From Chiloscyllium plagiosum (taxonomy: Eukaryota), in contig NC_057721.1 in the NCBI RefSeq assembly GCF_004010195.1, positions 43,967,761 through 44,031,760 of the forward strand: a DNA stretch of 64,000 nucleotides, written 5' to 3'. A program made the position numbers and the translations under genes. The notes below the pieces were generated by a model. That model was not told the DNA's origin, did no database searches, and saw nothing but the letters and a program-made list of their open reading frames with translations. Below are positions 12,599 to 25,702 of this stretch, in pieces (the first letter of the stretch is position 1; every line of letters begins with the position of its first letter).

Positions 12599-13479
12599 TT
12601 TAAACAATTTGAGTATTAGGAAGCCAGTCAGTGCAAACATTCAATGCTCTCCTCAAAAGCCAGTCCAAGTAGCAACTTGGGATTTGTATGGAGCAGTTGT
12701 CACCCTAATTGAACATGGTGAGTGTGAATGACGAGCTATGCTGTTGCAACTGCAGGTACATCCACCCAACTGCAGAGGGCAGATCAGGAAGAGGAAATCG
12801 CACCATTGACACTGAACACCGCTCATTGATTGGACCCAGAGGCTCATTGAGAAACAACTGAGAGCTCAATAATATATGACCGGAAAGTTACAGACTGGCA
12901 AAATAACGTCCTCCAGATGAACCACCAACAACAATATGCAAACATACTTTCTAAGAGACTAATGCAATTTTATAATTCCAGTATCGTGCATATGCAGACA
13001 CTGATGGCAATAATGACCTACTAGGGCCTAAGAACAGAGTAACTGTTGGGTTACTAAAAATATACATGATCCATGTCATTATTCTTGTATCAAAAGGAGG
13101 GTATTTGGATTGAAATGCAAATGTAGACAAATGTCAGTCCTCGTCTGCCGTAATCATGTAAAGCCTACGTGTAGGTACATACCCCGTAGCCAGTCAATGT
13201 CAAACTTCACCTCAGGTAAAGTTCTCATGTTGAACACGCCCTCCCTCTCTCTGCTGTGTTATGGACTCTGGCAGTCAGGAATTTCTAGGAAGGAGAGCAA
13301 GAGTCACTTTAATGTCTAAGTATGTCAAGGAAAACTATTTCAACAGACACGAAAAGATTCTCATTACCACACCATGTATAGTTGTGGAAATGTTTAGGAG
13401 TTGTAAATTTCTTAGATTAAAAATAAAGTTTCTGTACATAAATGCATCTTGACATCTATCTTCCTTTTAGAAAGGAGGA

Positions 13480-13715
13480 TGTGATTATATCCTCTATATC
13501 TGGATGATTCAGTGTATTAATTGTTTGTTTGTGAATCTTCTATTCCAGCTGGTCGCTTGTACAAAATTACTGCTTCAGGAAATTTTTATATGAAGATATA
13601 AATAATAGCTATTACCTATTCAGGCAGATGTTGAAGTTTTCATGCAGTGACATGTAAATGTGTGAGAGATGTAGTCTGGTCTGTGCAACATATGGATAGC
13701 ACAGCACAACACAAC
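13480..13715 (+). repeat. Possible 3' LTR of the Gypsy element
   Basis: Starts TGTG directly after the polypurine tract; CACAACA occurs near 13706-13712. No partner LTR seen. Confidence 0.35.
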
Positions 13716-15313
13716 TTCAGTTTGTGATGTCACTGGATTCATTTTATAGAGAATAAATGTTTCAATTACTGGGAATATACTTTAAATATCCTGTACTGTT
13801 GATGCATGCATTGGTTTCTTTGAATTTTTGATGCATCGTTTTAATGTGGCAAAATTGATACTTATAAAAATATGACACACTCCCTTGGATAAAGGGAATG
13901 CCTTTTATGGATGTTTTCAGTTTCAGACTAGTAGTCTTGTTGTCACTTAATGACTAAATGTGGCTGACTTTTCTCTTTGCTAACCATGAGTTTTATAATT
14001 AATGAGTCACAATGGCATTTTGACTAACAGTTACATGCTGTACACCATATGATCTGGCAATAATGTTTATGTAAATTTTATTGCTTTAAATTTGCATTTA
14101 TTCATTGCCTACAGACTCTAGACTTCATGTTTTTCTTTACAAAGTAGTACTGAAGGCACAGTAGGAGTAACGAGAGCATTCTATTTTTATTGCTGATCGC
14201 TCTGAAATCTAGCTTAACTCCTTTTTGAGCTACTGACTCTTTGCAGTTGCTGAAGGCTTCAGCTAATGTCATTGACTACAGCGAAAGACTTGAGATAAAA
14301 TCAATGTATGCTGTGGGCAAACACTGTCTTCAATATGGGACTTTGGAATATTTGGGATTTATGGGACGTGGAAATTATGTATATGATGGTACTTGGAATG
14401 TGACTCAAGTCCATATTAAATTAGCTTTAAGTATTCCACCAGTCCATATTTATACCAGATGTTTCTTTTTGTGGTAATTACATTCCATTTAAGTAATGGA
14501 AATTGTGCTTGTTCAAGGACCATGGGTTGAATTTTGACCCTATATATTCAATATAAACAATACACTTCAACACTGATCCAACATTTAACCTGCAGGATTG
14601 TGTACCATCTGCCTACAGAAGACCTAAGATGATCAGGGCCCTATTATTCACTTGATCCTGAAGGCAAAAACTGCTGTGGGTTTTTCTGCGAAACACAACC
14701 AATTTTGTGGTTGGTCTGAAGGCAGACGAAAATCATTACATTGGCCCAAAACTTTCCATTTGAGACCAAGACTAACTCTGAGACGTGCCAGGAATGTCAC
14801 AACTGGAAATCTGTTGATGTAGTTTCCCACTCCCTGTTCCAAATTACAATGTTCCCAAATGCAGTGATATGGAAAAATTGAATAATTGCTTTGCCATGTG
14901 GCGCATTTGGTTTACTGACTCAATTTCCAGGCTCAGAGACTGGCACAGCATTTGATTAAATGCCGCTATATCCTTTTGTGTTGTGGTTAAAACTTCACCG
15001 ATCAATCTACAGAGCCAAAGTAATAGCAAACCACCAATTCAGTCATCTTTTCAAATGTATTTTTGGGTATTCCTTATTTACATCACATCTTATGTCATTT
15101 GATGACCCAAAGGGAATCACAGTGGTGTGTCAGAGGGTCTGAATGATTTAGGCTGGTATTCTTGAAGTAAGGAAATATTCTCTTAAAGACCTTTTGGAAA
15201 ACTGAATCCCCTTCTGAATATGTTGGACTCTGTGTATGCAAAGTTCCAACCTGCTCTGTCCAAAAATCACAATTGTAGACGTTTCTCATCTATGTCATTG
15301 CATTGATATCAAC

Positions 15314-16313
15314 NNNNNNNNNNNNNNNNNNNNNNNNNNNNNNNNNNNNNNNNNNNNNNNNNNNNNNNNNNNNNNNNNNNNNNNNNNNNNNNNNNNNNNN
15401 NNNNNNNNNNNNNNNNNNNNNNNNNNNNNNNNNNNNNNNNNNNNNNNNNNNNNNNNNNNNNNNNNNNNNNNNNNNNNNNNNNNNNNNNNNNNNNNNNNNN
15501 NNNNNNNNNNNNNNNNNNNNNNNNNNNNNNNNNNNNNNNNNNNNNNNNNNNNNNNNNNNNNNNNNNNNNNNNNNNNNNNNNNNNNNNNNNNNNNNNNNNN
15601 NNNNNNNNNNNNNNNNNNNNNNNNNNNNNNNNNNNNNNNNNNNNNNNNNNNNNNNNNNNNNNNNNNNNNNNNNNNNNNNNNNNNNNNNNNNNNNNNNNNN
15701 NNNNNNNNNNNNNNNNNNNNNNNNNNNNNNNNNNNNNNNNNNNNNNNNNNNNNNNNNNNNNNNNNNNNNNNNNNNNNNNNNNNNNNNNNNNNNNNNNNNN
15801 NNNNNNNNNNNNNNNNNNNNNNNNNNNNNNNNNNNNNNNNNNNNNNNNNNNNNNNNNNNNNNNNNNNNNNNNNNNNNNNNNNNNNNNNNNNNNNNNNNNN
15901 NNNNNNNNNNNNNNNNNNNNNNNNNNNNNNNNNNNNNNNNNNNNNNNNNNNNNNNNNNNNNNNNNNNNNNNNNNNNNNNNNNNNNNNNNNNNNNNNNNNN
16001 NNNNNNNNNNNNNNNNNNNNNNNNNNNNNNNNNNNNNNNNNNNNNNNNNNNNNNNNNNNNNNNNNNNNNNNNNNNNNNNNNNNNNNNNNNNNNNNNNNNN
16101 NNNNNNNNNNNNNNNNNNNNNNNNNNNNNNNNNNNNNNNNNNNNNNNNNNNNNNNNNNNNNNNNNNNNNNNNNNNNNNNNNNNNNNNNNNNNNNNNNNNN
16201 NNNNNNNNNNNNNNNNNNNNNNNNNNNNNNNNNNNNNNNNNNNNNNNNNNNNNNNNNNNNNNNNNNNNNNNNNNNNNNNNNNNNNNNNNNNNNNNNNNNN
16301 NNNNNNNNNNNNN
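15314..16313. other. Assembly gap (1000 N)
   Basis: Run of exactly 1000 N, consistent with a fixed-length scaffolding gap. Confidence 1.
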
Positions 16314-17564
16314 ACTCCTCATAGGACATAATTGAGGTTTAAATCTTTTTTTTTTGCAGGCTGAGCTATCTGCTGTTAAGATGTCTATAATCTTAATTGT
16401 GGCTGTCTTTTGAGTATTAAGGCCAATTGGGGAAAATGCACTAAGGACGCCAACATCTGTGCACTGTTAATTTTGCTCATGAAAGATGAGGGCAGTTAAC
16501 TTTTTTGAATTAGACAAACAAAATCAAATTGCTTCATGTCAAAAGTTCTGCAAGGTCAATGTTGTCATGAAAATATCTGGCTTTTTTTTTAATGAAGACT
16601 ACCCTGGTCATGGAGAAAGCCAAGATAATGCAACTGGATCAACATGAGCTGTTATTTATCAACACTTAGTAGTTGCTTTCAGAAAACAGTACCTTTTTAA
16701 CTCTGAACTCTTTCGCTTTTCCTTCATTTATTTCCAAATAAGACCTTTTGGAGATCTCCCAGTTTCTGTACAGTTGTATGGATAAATAATTCTGCAAAAG
16801 TGGTTTGAGCACTACTGGATGGTATATCAGCATGATTGCCAGCTTCATAGAAGAAAGCATGTGCTTCCTAAAGAATACAGATTATTTAATTTCAGACAGT
16901 GGAGTGATCCCATCTGCATTAGCATTATTGTATGGTGGGGTATTCAGTAGAAGAACGAGGCAGTCAATTCTGTCACTTTTTTTTTTCTTCACCAAATCCA
17001 ACCTTGTGATCCATTAATTTAATTTATTCATGCATCGTGTATCAGTGCTGTAAAATTACTGAATTCACTGCACAGAAATAGGCTATTCATCCTCCTGCAT
17101 TTCTCCCAAAAGGGCCAATTAATTTGATTTAAACCAATTTTTCTGCTTGTTTCCATTTTTATTTGTGATTTTACATCTTTGTTTTCAAGTAGCTTTCTCT
17201 TTGTTTCTTGAGGGCTATTCAAAAAAAATTTGAACTAGAGAACTGTGCTTTTGTAAATGGGTTGCTTTGGTTACACCATTCAGGCTCTACAAGTTTTTGA
17301 CATTGGAATTCAGGTTCCTAAAAGTCAGTGAGGAGGAGGAAGGTGGGGACTGTACACTTTTTTTTGTTTTGGATTATATCTGACTGCAGGCTAAGTTAGT
17401 ACTGTGCTTCATGTAGACTAGTTAGTGAGCCATATCCACACTGTTAATGTTTTTAGTTTAGACCATAAACCTGGTCTATGTATAATTATATTCTCCCTAA
17501 AATATGCACACATTTCAATAATTTGCGTAATTTTGATCTATGCTTTTAACATCTGTAAGCAATA

Positions 17565-17940
17565 GCTGTGGCTGTCTCATGGAGATGTAATTTGCAAGGA
17601 CCTGTGTACATGCACACCAATGCCCTTCAGAGGAGTTGCGAATGGTGCTGAATATCGTGCAATCAGCCAACATCCCCACTTCTGACCTTTTTTATCATTT
17701 GAAGAAGTTGAAGATAGTTGGGCCTCAGATGCTAACCTGAAGATCTCCTGCAGAGATGACTGAGCTCCAGCAATCGTAACCATGTGCTAGGTATGACTCC
17801 AACGAGTGGAGTATTTGATCCCATTGATTCCAGCTTTGCTATTGTTGCTTGATGCCAAACTCTGGTGAATATGGCACAGACATCAGGGGCTAGAATTTTC
17901 CCCCTCCCCTCATGTGCCTAGCTTTGTTCCTAAAACTAAG
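17565..17940 (-). mobile_element. Decayed LINE RT fragment
   Basis: Reverse strand resembles the PQGSxLGP...FADD region; heavily mutated. Confidence 0.5.
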
Positions 17941-18014
17941 ATGAGTATCTCCTGTAGGACTGTTTGGCTTAGAAAACTATCCTGGACACGTTTCAAGATT
18001 TCTGTCTCCTCTAA

Positions 18015-18120
18015 GTCAGTCATAGAGATGTACAGCATGGAAACAGACTCTTCTGTCCAACTTGTCCATGCCAACCAGATATCCTAAATTAATCTAGTCC
18101 TATTTGCCTGCACTCTGTCC
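18015..18120 (-). mobile_element. CR1 3' tail
   Basis: agtcatagagatgtacagcatggaaacagac tail. Confidence 0.85.
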
Positions 18121-18129
18121 CCAAGTTAA

Positions 18130-19330
18130 TACCTGAGGTACAGGTTGGGGGTGGAGAGGAATTGAAATCCCCTTATATTATTACTCCTCCTCCTATTAGC
18201 TTTACACTTCCCTGATTATTGCCTACAGGTGTCTTTCTATCTTTCCAGTTTGTGTGTGTGCTGGCCCTTTTAAATCTTTTAAACAAAAATTTAAAAATTC
18301 TACCTATTTGGCATCATTTTGAGGATTCATCTCTCCTTTTACTGGAGTAATTGATTATTCTTTGATTAATCATTGTGACCCCCAACTCCTCTCTTCCACC
18401 CTGCCCATGCCCACCTGAGTGAGCTACCAGTCCTATCTCTCCCTCAACCGTGTCTCTGAGATAACAATGAAATTCTATCCTCATAGGCTAATCAATTCTG
18501 TCAACTCATCTGCCTTACTTGCAGGACTGTTGGCATTAAAATAAATGCCATCGGCCTTGCTATTCTCCCTCTGCTTCAACTTGACTATATTTAGATTGCT
18601 TTCGAGACTGACTTGGTCATTCACCCATTCTTGTCTGTGCATGATAACCCATTGCACCTCCACTCTGTATCCACCACCCACTCATCTGCTAAATTAACTT
18701 AGTTAGTGTGGCTGGTGGAGTCTAACTTTCCCACAAGGATCTTGGTCCCATTCTGGTTTGTGTACAAACTGTCAGACCTGTACAGGTCCCACTTTCCCCA
18801 GAACTGAATCCAGTGATCCCGGAATCTAAAACCCTGCCTTTTGCTGCAACTCTTCAACTATGCATTCATTTGTTATAACCACCTATTCCTCTCCTGACGA
18901 GCAGGTGGCACTGGGAGTAATCCAGAGGTTACTTTTGAGGTCCTGTTTTTTAATCTGCTACCAACCTCCCTAAATTCTTGTGACAACCCATCCCTTATAT
19001 TGTTGGTCCCAATATGAACCACGATCTGACTTTTCACCCACCCTGTTCAGAATGCCCTGCAGCTGCTTAGTGACATACCTGACCCTGTCTCTAGGAAAGC
19101 AACATACCATCCTGAAGTCATGCCTGGAGCTGCAGAAATGCCTGTCTGTACCCTTCACTATTAAATCTCCCCCATCAGTTTTCTCCCTCTGTTTTCTACT
19201 CCCGAACTCTCCAGAGAGCCATCACGTTCATGTTCCGAAGCGCCCAAATCTGTTCTGGAGCTTTCCTGACTCTCTACCTGCCAGGCTTATTCTTACCGGT
19301 CACCCATTCCTTCTGACTGCATTTCCTTTA
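18130..19330 (-). mobile_element. CR1 5' region remnant: ORF1 SGNH-esterase and start of the APE endonuclease
   Basis: KGTDRHFC...RMVCCFPRDRVRYV..QLQGIL (18970-19158) and GIYFNANSPASKADEL (18481-18681). Confidence 0.8.
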
Positions 19331-19837
19331 AGATGGAGGGTGATTGCACCAATATCTAGATTCGAAATGCACCATGAAGATACAAACATTGATATAAACA
19401 TTATCCTTCAATCCCCACAAACATATTATAATTGGGGTATGTGCAAAGTATGAAAGAACTGAAGTCAATGGGTGAATTAGTCAAGTATCTTGTTGATGTT
19501 AAATTACTCAAGTTTTGCAAAATGATTGCAGATTCTAGCTCCCTCACTTTTATCTATTTATTTGTTACTAAACTCCTCTTTGAAGTGACTCCTGCTTAAT
19601 TCATAAACATTAATGTCAGTTCCTCATGAGAAGGGCAGTGTTCATGCTTAGTCAGATTCTCCTGGTTTCATGCCATTTGCTTCAATAAACCAGTTTTTAT
19701 GTAGGGGCATGAACAAAGCTTAATTGTGGAATAGGCCATTGCCATTTCCATTTCATGAAGGGTGCAGCTGATCATATCTGAAAGTTAGTTATTTTGAGAC
19801 CTCCGATGTGGTGATTTATTTTGGTGTCTTTTTTTTG

Positions 19838-20230
19838 TTCATTCAGTAGATGATATTGAGAAGGGACTTCCAGGATTTGACCCTGCAATATTGAAGGAGC
19901 TGTGATATATACTCCAAATCAAGACAGTGAGTGACTTAGTGGGAACTTGTAGCTGGTGGTATTCCCATGTAATTGCTGCGTTTGTCCTTCTAAATAGAAG
20001 TGGTTGTGGGTTTGGAAGGTACTGTCTAAGGAGACTCGGTAAATTTCTGACGTGCCGTTTGTAGATGGTACACACTGCCCTTGAGTGGTGTGAAGAAAGG
20101 AGATCTTTGGGGGCATGGTGCCAGTCGAGCAGGATGCTTTGTCTTAGATGCTTTCAGTTGTCTTGAGTGTTGTTGGAGCTGCACACGTCTGTACAGTGGA
20201 GTACTCCACAACCCTAACTTTGCCTTGAGG
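19838..20230 (-). mobile_element. CR1/L2-like LINE family B 3' fragment
   Basis: CTIYKRHVRNLPSLLRQYLPNPQPL; reverse complement of the 205-625 family. Confidence 0.75.
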
Positions 20231-20929
20231 TGATTTTACTAAAAGCTCAAATGGAAGATTATTTAATTGCTGTATTAGCTGGATCATATATAATGGGAAT
20301 AATTTATAAATTTGCCTTGTCAGATCTCTCTCTCTCTCGCAGGCTGAGTTTCCACATAGTTTATGACTCCTGGTTTGGTTTATATTTGCTGTGATACTTA
20401 CGTCCTGACGTATTTGCCCATTTAAATTTCCCATGTGTAGTGTGACTGCTACTTTTTTTTTCCCCCTGTAAGTATACCTTAAATCCAACTGAGAGAAATC
20501 CTCAGAAGAAATTGACATGCCCACTGCACACAAGCTGTACATGTTAGCTTCAAAAGATATGTTGCAGTTAATATCAGTATAACTTTTAAGAAAAATGCTG
20601 CTTATATTATCAATTGACTTTTACAGTATAAAGATCTAAGGTTCCTTGAATATGACATTGATAAAATACTGCTACTTGTAACCAAACAACTTTAATGTGA
20701 GCCCAGACATGGATGTGCTTGTGAATGTAGTATTTGTACATTTCAGTGAGTTCAATAAACGTCAGTTAGATCTTTTGATCTTTCTTTCTACCCAGTTCCT
20801 AGTTTATTACCTTAGGCATTTGGATAGCAGATCGAGAGCCTGCTTGGAAGCACATCCTAAAATATCTGTCTACTGTCAGGACTGGCCCTAAACCCCTGTT
20901 TGTGCCTGGAAAAGCTTATTCCCTAAGGA

Positions 20930-21915
20930 CGTTATTGATGATCAAAACTTTAGAAGCATTGTAAACTGAGGCCAGTGCAGAATTTCACAAAATGGTCAAG
21001 TTGCAGTGAACAGATGAAGTTCAATGTGGAAATATTTTGGCACAAAGAACATGAAGAGATTGTACAGCATAAAGTGAGTATTTTTAAGTGATAAGCAGGA
21101 ATACAGAGACATGTGTGTATTTAAATAAGTCATTATAGATGGCAGAAATTGTGGAGAGTTGTTAAAACATCTAATATTTTAGACTTCATTAATAGAGGCA
21201 TAAACTATAAAAGCAGCAAAGTTATGCTGAACTTAAGACACTGGTTTGACCTTAGCTGGAGTATGAAGTACATTTCTGGCTGCCACACAGAAAGGATGAG
21301 ATTGCTTTGGATTGAGAATGGTCCCACTGATAAGAACCTTTGTTATGAAGGGAAAGTTGAAGGAGTTGACAGTGTTTTCCTTTTTAGCGGAGAAGGCTTA
21401 GGGGAGATTTAGTTGACATTTGTAAAATTGAGAGATCTGGGCAGAGTCGATATGGTGAAACTGTTCCTGCTTGTAAAAGGATCGGGTTTCATCAGACAGA
21501 TTGTGTGTTGCTGTAGAAGCAAATGCAAGTTAAGAACCAATTTGCCCATACAGTAATTAATGAGTCCTGAGGAAGGGTCCTGCCCAAAACATTGACTCTC
21601 CTCCTCTTCTGATGCTGCTTGACCTGCTGTGCTTTTTCCAGCTCCACGTTTTCTCAACTCTTGACTTTTTAGCATTTGCAGACCTCACTATATCTGTGAA
21701 TTGATTGTGTTTGGAATGCCCTGCGTGGAAATGTGATGGAGGTACATTCAACTGAGGCATTCAAAACGGCATTGTCATTCGTTAAAATCCTCAAGTGCAG
21801 AGTGATAAAGAAAAACCAACACTTTAGCACCAAGTCAAATGCTCAAAACAGCTGATGCAGACATGATGGGTTAATTAGCTGCTTTCTCAACAGCAACTAT
21901 TCTGTGGCTTTGTGA
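20930..21915 (+). mobile_element. Decayed CR1 3' region interrupted by a PLE fragment
   Basis: ILDFINRGINYKSSKVMLNL; resumes after 21690 with tggaatgccctg. Confidence 0.7.
21562..21690 (+). mobile_element. Short Penelope pLTR fragment with hammerhead motif
   Basis: GAGTC-CTGAGGA-A-GGGT(CCT)GCCC-AAAA-CATT-GACTC (21562-21598), then gatgctgcttgacctgctgtgctttttccagc...gcagacctcact. Confidence 0.85.
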
Positions 21916-23182
21916 TTAAAATTTTTTACCTATTCTGGGAAAACAAATTGTTCCATAATTTGCTAAGTGATAATGGATGCTAACAGAGTTTGTTAATTAT
22001 GTGAAAGTAATACCCAACTTCAAGTAAAGAGAATGAGCCGGTATATGTGGAAATTCAAAACTTGTCCAAAATGTTGGTCTCTGCTCTCCGATTTGTTTTG
22101 CTGTCTGTCTGCTTTGCAGTTCAAATATTTCAAATAGCTTGAAGTTGCTTCATTAGTGTTGGATGTGCACTAAATTCACCAGAGAAGGTTAAGTCTAATG
22201 GGTTGAAAATATTCTTTTAATGATGTCTGAGCCTTAAACACTGCCAGTCAACTTTGGCACAGAAATGAACTAATTACAGGTCTCATTCCTTTAAATATAA
22301 TTTTTTGAATACTTTTGAAAATATCACATTTGAAGTTCTTTTATTTTTAAGTTTGAATTGAGAGAAAATAAAACAATTTCTGTCCCTTTCTGCTGTGGTT
22401 TATTTGACTTTGAATTCACCCACTCTAATTTCCTTCTCCGTTTTTGTACTGCTAATTTCACAATTGTTCAGCCTGATTAAGGAGATGCAAATAAACACTC
22501 TCTCCAGGTGCCCAGTTTCCTTGATGCAATATTGAGCTTGTTTCTTAAATCAATTTGCACAAAGGATTGTGGCAATTAAAAGGGAAAGGCTGACAAATAG
22601 CAGACATTGAAATGCACACTCAAATTGTGGCTCTCTGTATCGTTGATTCTATAGTGTCATTATTCATGTGTAAGCCCTGATCTAGACGTGTATGTCATGT
22701 AAATGAATATTGAGGTCAAACATTAGTACAGATGTCTTTCTTAATACAGTTGCTCATGTCTGGATTCCCGAATAACAACATTTAATAGCTGATGCATTAG
22801 TCAATGATATCATTTATGGCCTGAGGTTTGCATGGAGAAATAGATGGCTCAAAATTTAAAACATTGTGACCAATGGAAAGAGATGTGATTTCATCAATCA
22901 TACTTTTAAGAAATCAGTAGAGCTAGCAAGTACTACTCTTTTAAAATACACTTTTCATCTGACTTTTAAGAACTAATTATCTCCTTTTTCACCATGTATG
23001 ACCAATTTAACTAAAGCAATCATAGTTCAATCAGTTGAAACCATAGATTAGTAAGATATTTACAAACAAGCATAAACATGCTTATTGACTTTGTTTGTAA
23101 TGATGTGGGGATTTCTCCTCTGGCTTGATGTTTTCCGTCTATATTGAGACATTTTCATGTTTGGGTACTTTTCTTCTTGCAG

Positions 23183-23548
23183 GACTGATTTCAGGACGGG
23201 TTGTGAAAGTCCCATTGGGCCCTCTGTACCGTATTGTTGGAACTTCAGTCACCATTCCCTGTAACGTCAGTGATTATCAAGGGCCGGCTGAACAGAACTT
23301 TGACTGGTCTGTGACCCATGCAAACAAGCACTTTAGGATTGTCAGCACGTTGGAACCTGAATTTTCAGATGCTGAATACAAGGAGAAAATCCAGAAGAAA
23401 GAAATTTGGGTGGAGAGAGTTAATGACTACTCTGCTGAGCTGCACTTCAAAAGCGTTAAATTTGAGGATGATGGGAGATATCAGTGCCAGACACCTAGCA
23501 CAGATGAAAATAGTTCTGGAAATTATGATGACAGTGTGTTCTTGCAGG
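23183..23548 (+). CDS. ptgfrn: PTGFRN/EWI-F coding exon 2 (Ig domain 1)
   Basis: Acceptor ttcttcttgcAG at 23181-2, donor G|GTAGGT; 366 nt, phase 1-1. Translation GRVVKVPLGPLYRIVGTSVTIPCNVSDYQGPAEQNFDWS...YQCQTPSTD matches the EWI-family N-terminal domain (PCNVSDYxGPxEQNFDWS, CxTPSTD). Confidence 0.96.
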
Positions 23549-25279
23549 GTAGGTTTTACAAAGGATATATTAACTGCTATTTTAATCCATTTCCGGTGGA
23601 TGCATGGGTTACAAGTTGGTTGCATTTGTATTTACACTCACTATATTGAGGCAAAATATTAATTTTTCACATTTTTCTTTCTGTACCCCTTAAATTTTCT
23701 GCTGGATAATGGGTTATAATTCTGGCAGCTGACTGCTAATTCCGCCAAGTTCCAAGTCTCAACCAAAAGCAAGAGTAGGATGTTCAACTATGGAAGTATT
23801 GTTTATTATTATTCCAGTTTATTCAGAACATAGCTTTTTATTTGTACATGTGCAAATGCATATTGCCTTTTTGGCTGTTCCTGGTTACTGATCAGAAAAA
23901 GGAAATCCTTGGCCTCTATTCTTCCCCCTCCACCTTACCCCCTCAAGAAGGGTTCCATTGCTAATTGTTATTCTGAAGTTGACCCCCTCTTGAAAGTATC
24001 TGTAAATGTTGTGATTTTACATTTTGTCTCCACACCTGCACAAATTTATGGGTTGCCTTGGCATACTGGTCTATGTTCAATCAATTGCAGAGTAGCAAAT
24101 ATGTTGAGATTTAATTCTGGACAGTATTATTGGTGTCCTTTTAATCAAAATAGCAATTGGTGGAAGCTGCAAAGAATCCAATAACAAGAGTTCAAATGCA
24201 GATTTTGTGATTTGAGTAGTGATAGGGACTTGACCAATGTTGTCCAGGGAAATTAACTTTCTTTTCAATAGGCTGTAGTCTGGACAAGGGAGAGTAGTTG
24301 ATGTATTATGTTGTCCCGTTTTAAAGAATGATTTTGATAGGGAGAGCCTCCTTCAGAAAGTATTGGTTGAGTTGGGGGTTTCATGTTATAACTAGATGAA
24401 TCATTAAGTATTTGTGTCTTGTAATGTTGTTTCACAGTTACTGACACTGTGCTTTGTTGTTACTTGTCAGTTTGAAAATGCTAAACAATCTATCTGATAT
24501 CCTTGTAAAGATCTTGGGAAGCTGCCATTTCCCATAATGAGTTTCACTGTGTAGAATGGTTCTTTGTAAATGAGTTCAGAAACATAAAATCAATGAAGTT
24601 TGAAAGAGCTCATAGAGTCTTGGTGTTCCAGTCTCTACATTGCAGGGTACAAATTACAAAAATAGAGGTAGTGTTCAACTTGCATGGATCTTTGGTTTGG
24701 CTTCAAGTCAAATATTCTGGTCTGTGTTTTGGGTATCTTCTTTCAAGAAAGCAGGCTTGACCAGAGAAAATAGAGGGTTTCACTAGGATGACAGTGGCAT
24801 TTTTCAGAGATATTATAGGTGGGAAATGGTTGGGAGAAATCAGAAAGACCAGTTTCAACTGCCATCCAGTTGGTTACGAGAAAGTGTAAATTTAAAGAGC
24901 ACTGTCAAAAAGCAAACTTAAAAATGTCTTAAGTTGATGAAACTGGAATGTTTTGTCATATACTCAATGAAATCTAGCATATAATTGAATCACTTCAAAG
25001 AGCGTATTGCTTCAAAGTGTTCTATCTATCACTTCATTAAAGTTCAAATGATAAAGAAATTCCATTTTCCTTTACTGCAACATTCATATTATGTTGAGCC
25101 AACAAATTTCCGAACTACTGGGGTTGGAAGGGGGAAAGAGAACTGAAAATAGTATCGAAATAAGGCATTGTTATTGTAAGAGTTAAAGTAAAGCTCTTGG
25201 CTCTACTTTGACTATTCTTTTCAAGTATCTTCTTAGTCTGGTTTTGTTAGTAAATCCTGATGCATTTTTCTTCAAACAG

Positions 25280-25702
25280 TGATCCCAGATGGACTGAGTG
25301 TATCACCTAGAAAGTCCCGAAGCACAGTGCCTGTAACTTACTTAGAAGGGAAACCATTGGAACTTCAGTGTGTCGCAAGGACAACTTCATCTGTTTCCAC
25401 TCACCTCTCTGTCACGTGGCAGTTAAAAGGAAACAGCAATAAGAGTGAGAATCTTCTGTCATTCACTAAAGACAGTTGGATTCAGCCTGGCGATTTGTAC
25501 AAGGAAAGGTATCTGAATGGAGATATTAGAATGGGATTTGAAACAAATGGTCTCTTCAAATTAATCATAACCAGTTTGCGACCTGAGGATGAGGGTGTTT
25601 ACTCTTGCGTGGCAGCAGAATGGGTCAAAGAAGATGGCTCCAACTGGAAACTGATTCAAGAAAAAACTACAGACATTGCAGTGATTGAAGTGCAGCAGTT
25701 GG
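25280..25702 (+). CDS. ptgfrn: PTGFRN coding exon 3 (Ig domain 2, EWI motif domain)
   Basis: Acceptor ttcttcaaacAG, donor G|GTATGT; 423 nt. VIPDGL...EGKPLELQCVA...HLSVTW...DEGVYSCVAAEWVKE. Confidence 0.96.

Larger units (their letters stand above)
10850..13479 (+). mobile_element. Decayed Gypsy/Ty3 LTR retrotransposon (RNase H, integrase, polypurine tract)
   Basis: Remnant motifs PVLNYHD, EGQPVAFAS, FHQFTSGRDKVTVESECKPLQSIF, LQRML, and integrase LKVHFSHYGIPDIVVS. Polypurine tract AGAAAGGAGGA at 13469-13479 is followed by TG. Confidence 0.8.

Noticed and set aside
15236-16331. Four long ORFs of 337-362 aa
   Set aside because: Artefacts of translating through the N gap.
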